This document shows positions 1-9,894 of a stretch of 28,942 nt of DNA, in pieces. Below the pieces are notes generated by a model, which was not told the origin of the DNA, did no database searches, and saw nothing but the letters and a program-made list of their open reading frames with translations. Source of the DNA: Octopus sinensis (Eukaryota); the NCBI RefSeq assembly GCF_006345805.1, contig NW_021833185.1, positions 1-28,942 of the forward strand, read 5' to 3'. Made by a program: the position numbers and the translations under genes. Position 1 is the first letter of the stretch; the number at the start of each line of letters is the position of its first letter.

Positions 1-29
1 GCTACTTACCACACAGCCACTCCTACTCC

Positions 30-106
30 TAAATTTCGATAAAATTTATTTGTAAAATAGAGGAACGTCTTATGCAAGAGTGAGGCGTATGCATCTGTAA
101 ATACAG
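30..106. mobile_element. Degenerate terminal inverted repeat of a Tc2/pogo-like (Tc1/mariner superfamily) DNA transposon
   Basis: Reverse complement CTGTATTTACAGATGCATACGCCTCACTCTTGCATAAGACGTTCCTCTATTTT resembles the CCGTATTT...TATAAGCCGCAC...TATAAGACGC pattern of Tc2/pogo-type ends (recalled pattern; no search run; partner end not in window). Confidence 0.35.
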
Positions 107-173
107 TTTTTCAAAATTAAATGAATCACGCAAGCAGTATCTATCATTATGAAAATGGTCCAGAAAGGGTTAA
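107..173. mobile_element. Terminal remnant of a piggyBac-like non-autonomous element
   Basis: Ends in AGAAAGGG+TTAA; resembles the end at 10455-10519 (TTTTCRAAATTAAWTGAA...AGAAAGGGTTAA). Confidence 0.3.
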
Positions 174-746
174 CATTTATTGAAAGTTAGGCCGTACACT
201 TAGAGAAAAGTTATTATATCACATACAAAAGAGTTTCTTTTTCCAGTACGGTGTTGGGACATGCTGGAAATAATCAGTATTCGGTCGATTAGTTTCTGCA
301 GGCAGAACTTCTTCAGTAGTCACGTCTTCTCTACAGTTTTTGAAGAATATTCACTATTATTAGAGAAAATACTGGTGCTGACCTTTTTAGAAAGAAAGAA
401 AGAAAAAAAGACATGAAAATCTGTGTAATTTGTAAAGAGAAGTCTGACATTTTGGCAGTTCATTGACATGCGTATTTTGCATTTTTGGTTATGTTTTTTT
501 TTATTGCTTTTTGTATAATTTGTCCTGACATTCAGTTAACAAGGAGATAAGATTAGCATCTGCATCCACACTCACATACTGTTGCACAGAAAACAAGCAA
601 TCATGCGCACAAACACAAACACGAACATACATACATGTTTATATGTGTATATAGATGTATATTTATCTCCCGCTCTCTCGTTCTCTACGTCCATCTCTCT
701 GTCTCTCTTTCTTTCCATCTCTCTCTCTTTGCGCAATTTATATGTG

Positions 747-783
<37 letters not shown>

Positions 784-999
784 GTTATTTACAAAATTGT
801 ATCATACTATATACCACAAACTTATATCATCTATATACCGTAGTGGATTTTATATATATATATATATACACAAATATGTGTGTGTGTGTTTGCTTGTATC
901 TGACTATGAACAATGGATATAAGTTAATAAATATTGGAAGAACTCAATTGAAATAAAGAGTGACAGATTTATCTATCACATCAACCAACCATCATCACT

Positions 1000-1012
1000 A
1001 CATCTATCTATC

Positions 1013-1083
<71 letters not shown>

Positions 1084-1325
1084 CTACTATCTATCTATCT
1101 ACTATCTATTCTATCTATCTATCTACTATCTATCTATCTATCTATCTAATCTATCTATCTATCTATCTATCTAATCTATCTATCTATCTATCTATATCTA
1201 TCATATCTATCTATCTATCTATCTATCTTATCTATCTCGTATCTATCTCTCTCTCTCTCTCTCTCATATCTCTCTCTATCTCTCTCTCTATCTTCTATCT
1301 TCTCTATCTATCATCTATATATATA

Positions 1326-1360
<35 letters not shown>

Positions 1361-1363
1361 ATA
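1000..1363. repeat. Degenerate (TCTA)n / (TC)n / (TA)n compound microsatellite
   Basis: Directly visible tandem repeats. Confidence 0.97.
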
Positions 1364-1660
1364 CTAGTTATCGCCAAGAGCTAATATGGCAGTCCAGAAA
1401 AATATGACGAATGCTGCCGTTGATAAGCTCCAAGAGGCAATCGCCTCTAGCTCGTTATGTCACACAAACCTGTGTCCATTATAACCTTCGAACAGGGGAG
1501 GTCAGCTGCTTCCCCTTTCTGGTCTGGCATCTACAGACTAGTTTCAGGGTATTTGCCCCTTATCAATGTAGAGTAGCGCTACTCTACAGCAGGCGTGGCT
1601 ACTGGCCGTCTGTTCGAAGGATTTTTAACTGAAATTCAATGGAATACATCCACTGGTTTT

Positions 1661-1664
<4 letters not shown>
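1364..1664 (-). mobile_element. Penelope-like LTR or retrozyme-like element between (TA)n tracts
   Basis: Contains a type I HHR motif (1530-1572) and many short inverted repeats: 22-bp perfect palindrome 1567-1588, CCTTCGAACA/TGTTCGAAGG 1485-1494/1611-1620, TTGATAAG/CTTATCAA 1419-1426/1559-1566, AGAGGC-aatc-GCCTCT. Confidence 0.55.
1530..1572 (-). ncRNA. Type I hammerhead ribozyme motif (variant core UUGAUAA, minimal helix III)
   Basis: Minus strand: TCTACA-TTGATAA-GGGGCAAATACCCT-GAAAC-TA-GTC-TGTAGA. Helix I TCTACA/TGTAGA is perfect; helix II GGGG/CCCT; helix III palindrome ACTAGT; GUC cleavage triplet. Confidence 0.65.
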
Positions 1665-1709
<45 letters not shown>

Positions 1710-1746
1710 CATAACCAAAAAATAAGCAACAAGAATGGATCCGGTA

Positions 1747-1835
1747 ATTTAGTACAATTGTTTCATACTATAACAATCTATTAAAGCTGCAAATATTACA
1801 GCAAATATAATATGTCAAGTAATCTTCAGCTAATT
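1747..1835 (-). ncRNA. Type I hammerhead ribozyme motif (left-arm copy)
   Basis: Mirror image of 1905-1993; core CTGAAGA and GAAAC-AATT-GTA intact; helix I shortened to about 4 bp by one mismatch. Confidence 0.65.
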
Positions 1836-1904
1836 TCATATAGGTTTTCCAATAATGTAAAGTTCTCAATCAATTAACTTTACATTATTGGAAAACCTAT
1901 ATGC

Positions 1905-1993
1905 AATTAGCTGAAGATTACTTGACATATTATATTTGCTGTAATATTTGCAGCTTTAATAAATTGTTATAGTATGAAACAATTGTACTAATT
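1905..1993 (+). ncRNA. Type I hammerhead ribozyme motif with extended helix II (right-arm copy)
   Basis: AATTAG-CTGAAGA(1911-1917)-[58-nt hairpin: TACTTGACA/TGTTATAGTA, TATTA/TAATA, GCTGT/GCAGC]-GAAAC(1976-1980)-AATT-GTA-CTAATT. Helix I AATTAG/CTAATT is perfect; helix III palindrome ACAATTGT; GUA triplet. Confidence 0.72.
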
Positions 1994-2182
1994 TACCGGA
2001 TCCATTCTTGTTGCCTATTTTTAGGTTATAATCACACCACATAATTTTATGGATAATACCATAAAAAATCCTGGTGCATCTAAATTAAGTACCATATTCA
2101 TTTGAATCTAAATTGTTTTGCTGAACTTATATATATATATATATATATATAATATGAGGAAATATTATTCCAAACTTACAGG

Positions 2183-2216
2183 GAAGAAGAAGAAGAAGAA
2201 GAAGAAGAAGAAGAAG

Positions 2217-2246
<30 letters not shown>
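2183..2246. repeat. (GAA)n microsatellite
   Basis: Pure GAA run. Confidence 0.98.
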
Positions 2247-2247
<1 letters not shown>

Positions 2248-2899
2248 TTTGCGTTAGCAGTTTTCGATTAGTCTTTAATTGTTCAATTTGTACTAGATTA
2301 TAGGTGTTAAAAATTTGGTCAAGCTGAGGAGTATATATATTACTGAGAACCAAAAATATTATATAAAAATGTATAGTTATTTTGATTCAAAGAACACGAA
2401 CAACACAAAAATGAGATACAAGAGATAAGACAAAATGTTAGGGCATTGAGAGAATAAGAAAAGAAAGCAAATATTAAAAGAAGTCATATAGAAAGAAGAA
2501 AGTAAAATGGATAGTGAGAAGTGGATACAATTAACTTTATGGGAAACATGTTTATTGGTGAGGAGTGTGAAAACGAATAAGATACTGTAAGATTAGTAAC
2601 GATGTATGACGTGACAAAATATAGGGAGGAAGAATCAGAGGAAGACGATAGGAGATAATTTCTTGTTTATATCGTGTTCAATACAAAGAAGAAGTAGAAA
2701 GAGGGCGTGTTTTTAGGAAAGATGGTGAAGGAATAAATATATATATACTTAGTAGAGAGGCGTGTAAAATCAAGTAAGTATTATGTTTATGATGAAGTGA
2801 ATTTGCAAGTTGAGGGGAAAAAGATGGGAAAAGGTATAAATGAAAGAGGAAAAGAGAGACGAAGTCCTATAAAACGAGAAAATACTGGGACGGAGAAAT

Positions 2900-2972
2900 G
2901 CGTATGTATATGTATGTATAGTTGTATGCATGTATACGTACGTGTATATATGCATATATATACATATATACA

Positions 2973-3031
<59 letters not shown>

Positions 3032-3320
3032 GCATACATACATATATATATATACACATAATACATATATATATATATGTTATATATATACATCATATAT
3101 ATATATATGTATATCTATATGCAGATATATATACGGACATGAGACATATATGTATGTATCTATATATACACACAGACACACACTTATATATGTATATATA
3201 TGTGTGTGTGTGTATATATATTTATGCATCCGCAAATATGTATATATGTACATATATACGCATCATATATATATATATGTATGTGTGTATTTGTGTTTGT
3301 GTGCGTGTGTGTGTGTATTA
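2900..3320. repeat. (TA)n/(TG)n compound microsatellite
   Basis: Directly visible. Confidence 0.95.
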
Positions 3321-3744
3321 ATGTACGAAGAGAGAGGGGGAGAAGAGAGACGTTATATATAATGCATATGAAAGTGCAGAGAAAACAGTTTATCGTTGCC
3401 GAAATGAAATATTAAAATGCAATAAAATGTGAATAGATGTGTACGAGAACCTCTACAGAACTTCAAGTTCATTTTCCACTTATGGTAAAAGTTGGCTTTT
3501 CATAGTTCACTTTTTTTTTTAGTTATGAACAGCGACAGACTGACAGACAGACCGTCATACAACCTAACAGACAGTCAGACAGAGATAAGCTGAGCCACAG
3601 AGAGGGGGAGGAAAGACTGCAAGAAAGAGAGAGGAGAGAGAGAGAGAGAGATAAAGAAAAGGGAACATATTTAATCGGTTTTACGAAATGTAGAGATAGA
3701 AAACCAGGAACAAAATGGAAGAAAAAGAAAGGAATATAAAACAT

Positions 3745-3761
3745 ATATACATACGTTATTG

Positions 3762-3803
<42 letters not shown>

Positions 3804-3833
3804 GTGTGTGTGTGTGTGTGTGTGTGTGGTGTG

Positions 3834-3866
<33 letters not shown>

Positions 3867-3945
3867 ATGTATATATATATGTGTGTGTGTGCGTGTGTGT
3901 ATAAATACATATGTCTTCATACATCTGTATATACGTATATCTATA

Positions 3946-3978
<33 letters not shown>

Positions 3979-3990
3979 GACATATACACG
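3745..3990. repeat. (TA)n/(TG)n compound microsatellite
   Basis: Directly visible. Confidence 0.95.
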
Positions 3991-4269
3991 CATAGAGAAA
4001 GCTTTATGCATCTGTGATGGTGTATTGCAGTTTTATCCTGACTCTTAAAGGCATGTATTTATTTTGGTAGCAGCGTATAATGTGGTGTACACAAGCTTAA
4101 TATTATGCAGAATACACAGATTCACAGAGCTACTTTAGCTCATGCCTTTGATGAAACATATGTATATATATGTATATGCATGTAGGTATGGATGAACATA
4201 AATATATATATATATATGTGTATGTGTGTATATATATATATAATATATGTATGTATGTGTGTGTGTGTA

Positions 4270-4980
4270 TGTATCAATGTATAGATGGATATATTTATGA
4301 AAGTGTATGTGTATTAATATATGTCTATATGCGAATTAAAATTTTTGTATGTATGTATGTATGTATGTATGTTTGTAGGTTCGTATGTATGTAAGTACTA
4401 TGTACGTACGTATGTACGTATGTATGTATATATGTATGTGTGTATGTATCTATAAATCAATGTATATACCTATACATGTATCTATGTCTGTTTAATGGTA
4501 ACTATGTATGCATAAATGTATATATTTATGAATGTGTATGGTATTAATATATCTGTCTATATGCGAATTAAAATGCTTGTATATATGTATGTATGTTCGT
4601 ATGTAAGTACTATGTACGTATGTATGTATGTATGTATGTATGTATGTATGTATGTATGTATGAATGTATGTATGTATGTATGTATATATTTATGTATGTA
4701 TGTATGTATGTACATATATATATATGTATGTATGTATGTATGTACGTATCTATAAATCAATTTATATACCTATACACGTATCTATGTCTGTTTAATGGTA
4801 ACTATGTATGCATAAATGGTTATATTTATGAATGTGTATGTAATAATATATCTGTCTATATTGGAATTAAAATGTTTGTATATATGTATGTGCGTGTATG
4901 TATGTAAGCACTACGTACGTATGTACCTCATATATGCGTATGACTGTATGTATATATGTATGTATGTATGTATTTGTGTG
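4270..4980. repeat. Higher-order minisatellite: three diverged units with variable (TATG)n
   Basis: Anchor GCGAATTAAAAT/GGAATTAAAAT recurs near 4331, 4563 and 4863; block TATCTATAAATCAAT...GGTAACTATGTATGCATAAATG recurs near 4447 and 4746. Confidence 0.85.
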
Positions 4981-5888
4981 TGTTTCTATAGCAAAGATAT
5001 TTAACATGTTTAGATAGATACTTATCTGTTTTGATACGCATGTACTTACTAAGAAGTTATTAGCAAAATCTCTCAAAAGAACTAAATGGGGTAATTTGGT
5101 TTTGACTAAACTGGAAATCCTTCTTTTTCGGCTTTAAAACCATAACATGTAAAAATCAATGCGATATTTCCTTTCCAGCGGTTCTTTGATCTCCGCTCCC
5201 CAGCTTACTGTTTATAAAATTGATGGACGAATGAATTTCTTTTAAAGCTATATTCCTTTGATTGCATGGTTTGAATATACTTCTGGCCAGGCGGTCTCTT
5301 CAAAATCAAGTCGTTGATTCTCTTTATACGGTCGGCCATCCATAATTTCTTTCGCATGAGAGAAGAACGACGTTGAACTGCGAACCAATTCGAATTCGTT
5401 TGAGAAGGAAAAAGATTGAGAGCGTGGCATGGCGTGTGTTGAGATCTTACAATTTTGCTCGCATGTTTTCCCGTTTTGCATTTCGTGATTCGGATTTTAC
5501 GATAGTTTCATTGATGTAGAATCATATACTCAAAGACTGTTATGATTCCTCGTCACTGAATTACCTGCGACAGGCTAGAAATACTAACCAAATCCCCATT
5601 AATTGACATCTTACCATCTTTCAAAAAGAAGCCAATTATGTTCACGTTTAAAGCTAACCTGAATGCACTATGCTATGCTCTTGTAATGTGCTAGTCACGG
5701 TTGGATGTGCTAGTCGCGGTTGGAACGTCTTGGATCATGTTTATGGACTCAGGTTACAATTGTTAAGAAATCGTTAAATGCTTGTGCGAAGTTAAAATGC
5801 AGTAAATCTTCAGACGTTGTTTATAAACACACGCTAAAAGTAGAATATTTAGAATTAGGAAGATTTAAACAGAAAAGCATAAATTTAA

Positions 5889-6034
5889 GAGGCGTGGCTG
5901 TGTGGTAAGAAGGTTACTTCCAAACCACATGGTTCAGGGTTCAGTCCCACTTCAATAGGTATCCTTTTCTATAGCCGCGAGCTGACCAAAGCCTTGCGAA
6001 TGGACTTGGTAAACAGAAACTGAAAAGTCCTTCG
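5889..6034 (+). mobile_element. tRNA-derived SINE family A, 5' half running into a (TA)n tract
   Basis: A-box-like TGGCTGTGTGGT, B-box-like GGTTCAGTCCC, body GACCAAAGCCTTG..AATGGA..TGGT...GAAACTGAAA shared with 6733-7488 and 16059-16450. Confidence 0.85.
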
Positions 6035-6066
<32 letters not shown>

Positions 6067-6137
6067 CATGTATATATATATGTATATATATATATATTAT
6101 ATATATATATATACATACATGTATATATATATGTATC

Positions 6138-6173
<36 letters not shown>

Positions 6174-6425
6174 CAAGAGAGAAAGAGAGATAGATAGATA
6201 GATATAGAGAGATACATACATAGACAGATAGACTGATAGATAGATACACACACACACATAAATATATATATATGTAAACATATCTATCTATCTATCTATC
6301 TCTCTCTATATATATATATACATATATATAGTTATTTATGTTCTATATATTATATATATATATATTATTCAGCGATATATATATATATATATATAATATA
6401 TATATATATATAAATAGATATATAG
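6035..6425. repeat. (TA)n/(GA)n/(GATA)n compound microsatellite
   Basis: Directly visible; contiguous with the SINE A internal microsatellite. Confidence 0.95.
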
Positions 6426-6732
6426 GTAAATAAATATGAGTAACAAAGAGGCACGTGTGAATTGAATTCATTACGGGCGTTTTCGTCAGCTGAATTCCTT
6501 ATCTTCAAACATAAGGCACAATTCAACTTCTTCAACATAGCAAGGCGTCAGCACTTAGCTGCTATTTCTAACATGTATACTGATCACATAGAGCCTCCCT
6601 GATATAACGAAGTACATAGAATCTTGGCAGCATGTACTCGATTGAATGACGTTCATATGATCAATCGGATGATCAATGACTTGCGCAGTAACACATTTAT
6701 GTTTGACGAAGTGGAATTCTTTAACCCTGATC

Positions 6733-7488
6733 AAGCTAGTTTGTTTACCAACCACGTGGTTCCGGGTTCAGTCCCACTGCGTGGCACCTTGTGCAAGTGT
6801 CTTCTATTATAGCCTCGGACCGACCAAAGCCTTGTGAGTGGATTTGGCAGACGGAAACTACAAGAAGCCCGTCGTATATATCTTAAGACTCTTAAGACTC
6901 CGCCGGTTACGACGACGAGGGTCCCAGCTGATACGATCAACGGAACAGCTTGCTCGTGAAATTAACGTGCAAATGGCTGAGCATTCCACAGACACGTGTA
7001 CCCTTAATGTAGTTCTCGGGGAAAATCAGCGTGACACAGAGAGTGACAACTGACCCTTTGAAATACAAGTACAAACTCATTTTGCCAGCTGAGTGGACTG
7101 GAGCAACGTGAAATAAAGTGTCTTGTCTGCAAGTGTCTTGCTCACACAACGCGTCGCCGGGAATCGAACTCACAACCTTACGATCATGAGCCGAATGCCC
7201 TAACTACTAAGCCACGCGCCCTCACTGCGTCGTATATATGGTATATATATGTATATATGTATATGTGTGTATATGTTTGTGCGTCTGTGTTTGACCCCCC
7301 AACATCACTTGACAACCGGTGCTGGTGTGTTTACGTCCCCGTTACTTAGCGGTTCGGCAAAAGACACCGATAGAATAAGTACTAGGCTTAGAAAGAAAAA
7401 GTCCTGGAGTCGATTTGCCGATTTGCTCGACTAAAGGCGGTGCTCCAGCATGAACGCAGTCAAATGACTGAAACAAGTAAAAGAGTAT
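6733..7488 (+). mobile_element. SINE family A (5'-truncated head, internal microsatellite, 3' body), interrupted by a family B SINE
   Basis: Head 6733-6881; 3' body 7240-7488 ending GTGCTCCAGCATG..CGCAGTCAAATGACTGAAACAAGTAAAAGAG, as in 16059-16450. Confidence 0.9.
6882..7227 (-). mobile_element. tRNA-derived SINE family B, nested in SINE A with a 12-bp TSD
   Basis: Minus-strand head GCGCGTGGCTTAGTAGTTAGGG...GAGTTCGATTCCCGG; TSD CGTCGTATATAT at 6870-6881 and 7228-7239; 3' end short tandem (AGTCTTAAG)x2. Confidence 0.92.
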
Positions 7489-7493
7489 TATGT

Positions 7494-7707
7494 AAAGTGG
7501 CCTGCTGGCAGAATCGGTTGCACGCCGGGAAAATTGCTTAGCTGTACTTCATCCGTCTTTACGTTCTGAGTTCAAATGCCACCGATGTCACCTTTGCCTT
7601 TCATCTTTTCGGGGTCAATAAATTAAATAATATTTGAGCACTGGCATCGAAGTATTCGACTTTGTCCCTTCCCGAAATTTGCTGGTCTTTTACTGACTTT
7701 TGAAATC
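7494..7707 (+). mobile_element. tRNA-derived SINE family C (Deu/Nin-like central domain), diverged
   Basis: GCTGGCAGAATCG...GAGTTCAAAT...TTTGCCTTTCATC.TTTCGGGGTC.ATAAA shared with many copies; central segment resembles the Deu/Nin SINE domain (recalled similarity). Confidence 0.85.
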
Positions 7708-7739
7708 AATATCATTTCAAAACTAAGCAAGCAGGACTT

Positions 7740-8960
7740 CTACAATAAGACTGTGGTCAGAGTATGATAAATGTTTCAAATCCACTATTTTTGAAATTGG
7801 CAGAGGAAAATATTACAAGCGAGCAATAAAGTATTTTTGTCATGTGTGCAACCACGAAACACGAACTTAGAGAAATATGTTTCGTAAGCTAAACACAAGA
7901 AAAACTGTGTCACAATAAACTCAAATTGATTAGAAAATGTCGAAGGAGGTTTATTTCAGAAGAAAAATAACAAAGTTGAAATACTAAAGAGGAGCATTTG
8001 CGACTTGTCATCGAAGTGTTCGTGGCATCAATCGTTTAGGAGAACTTATTAATAAAGGAATTCCTTCATCATCCCTTAGAGCTAAATTGAAAGTACATAG
8101 ATCAAAATGCACGGCACTTATATAAAATGTTATTGCCTCATCTTTAGTGAAAGAACAAACCTAAGCTATAAGTAATAGTTAATCCTCTTTGCTTTTCCAC
8201 AAACCTACTGATATTGCTTGTAAAATGCATCTGCATATGTGTCTGTGTTTGCGTTTTTTTTAGATATTTCCATAACAAACAAAATAAAAATACACACAAC
8301 AATTTTGGGATTAATTTCTATTAGAGAAACCACTGCCGAATCGTTGCATCAAATTTATGATATTGCTTGTAAAAAGGCTGTGAGGGGGTTGAGAGTTAGG
8401 GTGGATATAATAAACAGGAAATGACGTTGAATCTCAGGTTTTAGGGTTTCGTTACAAAAACTGCTGCTGCAATGTTGCGTCAGGTTGTTAAAACGTTCTT
8501 TGGAATTAATATTAAAAAAAACTGTTTCGTTATTGCAACAGAACCAGTTTCAAACCTTTGAGCTGTTAATAATTCTCTCTATATACGTTAATGAAATTAG
8601 ATCATCCAAACATGATTCTCATAAAATGCATTTTACTCTCACGCCATTTAATACCATATTCCTATGTTGCTGAAGAATTATCTTCCAATACCATTGACTT
8701 TTTCTTAAGAAAACCTTACAACGGGTTCAATACTTCGAAGAGAATCCATTGCGGAAATATATAAATTTTTCAGATATAATAAAGAACCATTAAAAAGGAT
8801 TTCCTTTTCAAGCACAAAAGGGTTAATGATAAGCTATTGCATGAAGTGAATTCTTTCTTAATCAGTGTGCTGTATTAAAATTATATTGCCACATGGTAAG
8901 TCCTTGTTGCAACATGTATTATACACAAGAATTTTATGTACTATGGGATAATTCGCAATA
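7740..8960 (+). pseudogene. Decayed hAT-superfamily transposase (copy 1)
   Basis: Translation across stops and frameshifts: YFCHVCN...AKHKK (BED-finger-like), KLKVHRSKCTALI*NVIA, SLLFHKPTDIA (first catalytic D region), TILGLISIRETTAESL. Homologous to 17265-18910 on the opposite strand. Confidence 0.8.
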
Positions 8961-9138
8961 TAGTATTATGGGATAATTCGCAAAAATATTAGAAGGAAAT
9001 TTATAAATTTATCTACGATGGTGGTAAAGCAATGAAAATGATTTTTACTTTCAGACACAAGAGTGTTAATGAAATGTAACTGTAAAAAGAATTTGTAACT
9101 AGTAGAAAGTGTTCATCCAACTGTGCATTGCAATAGTT

Positions 9139-9335
9139 TTGGATCTTTTCGGTTTGAACGGCAGTTTTTTTCTAGCGGTGTCACATGAAATTGTCACCCA
9201 TAATTATGACCCTAGTATCGATCTATTGCATTTCAATCTGTTTTAGGGTTAGGGTTAAGGTAAGGGGTGGGGAGAGGGTATCTTTTTTTACTTGAGAAAC
9301 GTAAATGAACCCAATCTGTTTCTTAAACGAGGGAC
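9139..9335. mobile_element. Truncated MITE-like repeat carrying TTAGGG units
   Basis: Starts GATCTTTTCGGTTTGAACGGCAGTTT (terminus-like; partner end not seen) and contains TTAGGGTTAGGGTTAAGG near 9243-9260. Confidence 0.4.
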
Positions 9336-9389
9336 ATTATTTCAAAGCAAGGTATTGTATTTCCAGAGAAATAGGATAACGAAAGGATT

Positions 9390-9640
9390 CAATCAATCAA
9401 TGCGCCCTTTTAAAGCCTAGCCAGGCTCTTGGGCCCGGTTTCCCGGTTTCTATGGCGTATGTGTTCCCCAACTGGACGGGACGCCAGTCCATCGCAGCGT
9501 TATTTATTTTTGCCAGCTTAGTGGACTTGAGCAACGTGAAATGAAGTGTTTTGCTCAAGGACACAACGCGTCGCCCGGCCCAGGAATCGAAACCACAATC
9601 TTACGATCATGATGCTGACACCCTAGCCACTAAGCCATGC
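9390..9640 (-). mobile_element. SINE family B (variant with V-domain-like segment), 10-bp TSD
   Basis: Head GCATGGCTTAGTGGCTAGGG...GTTTCGATTCC; CTGCGATGGACTGGCGTCCCGTCCAG; tail (TTGA)n; TSD CGAAAGGATT at 9380-9389 and 9640-9649. Confidence 0.92.
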
Positions 9641-9894
9641 GAAAGGATTAACGTTATCTAAATTGAAAACTTTGATTAAAATTTCAGTAGTGCATGTTCG
9701 TAAATTTGACTTAATTATAACAATGTTATTTTACTAAATTTTTCATAATTAAAAAAAATTATTTAAAAGGCAGTGTATGTATTACAACAGAAATATGCTA
9801 ACAGAAGTTTTAAATCCTATCTAAATTCAAACGTTCCATGAAAATTTCATGTTATATTGCAATCACCAGCCAGTTATTTTGCAAAATTCTTGAT

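Larger units (their letters stand above)
1711..2029. repeat. Near-perfect inverted repeat: 154-bp arms (1711-1864, 1876-2029), 11-bp spacer, 5 mismatches
   Basis: Base-by-base comparison of the left arm with the reverse complement of the right arm. Confidence 0.97.

Noticed and set aside
287-321. Minus-strand CTGAAGA...GAAAC-TA-ATC resembling a hammerhead
   Set aside because: No helix I pairing, and the putative helix II region instead pairs with the GAAAC itself; treated as a simple hairpin.
2324-2351. CTGAGGA-gtatatatattact-GAGAAC
   Set aside because: GAAA is not intact and there is no helix III or helix I.
5565-5658. Minus-strand 44-nt micro-exon (CAG|...|GTAAGA) followed by a 50-nt intron
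   Set aside because: Intron implausibly short and no consistent downstream open frame.
8815-8826. AAAAGGGTTAA as a piggyBac terminus
   Set aside because: The same sequence is present inside hAT copy 2, so it is part of the transposase coding remnant.
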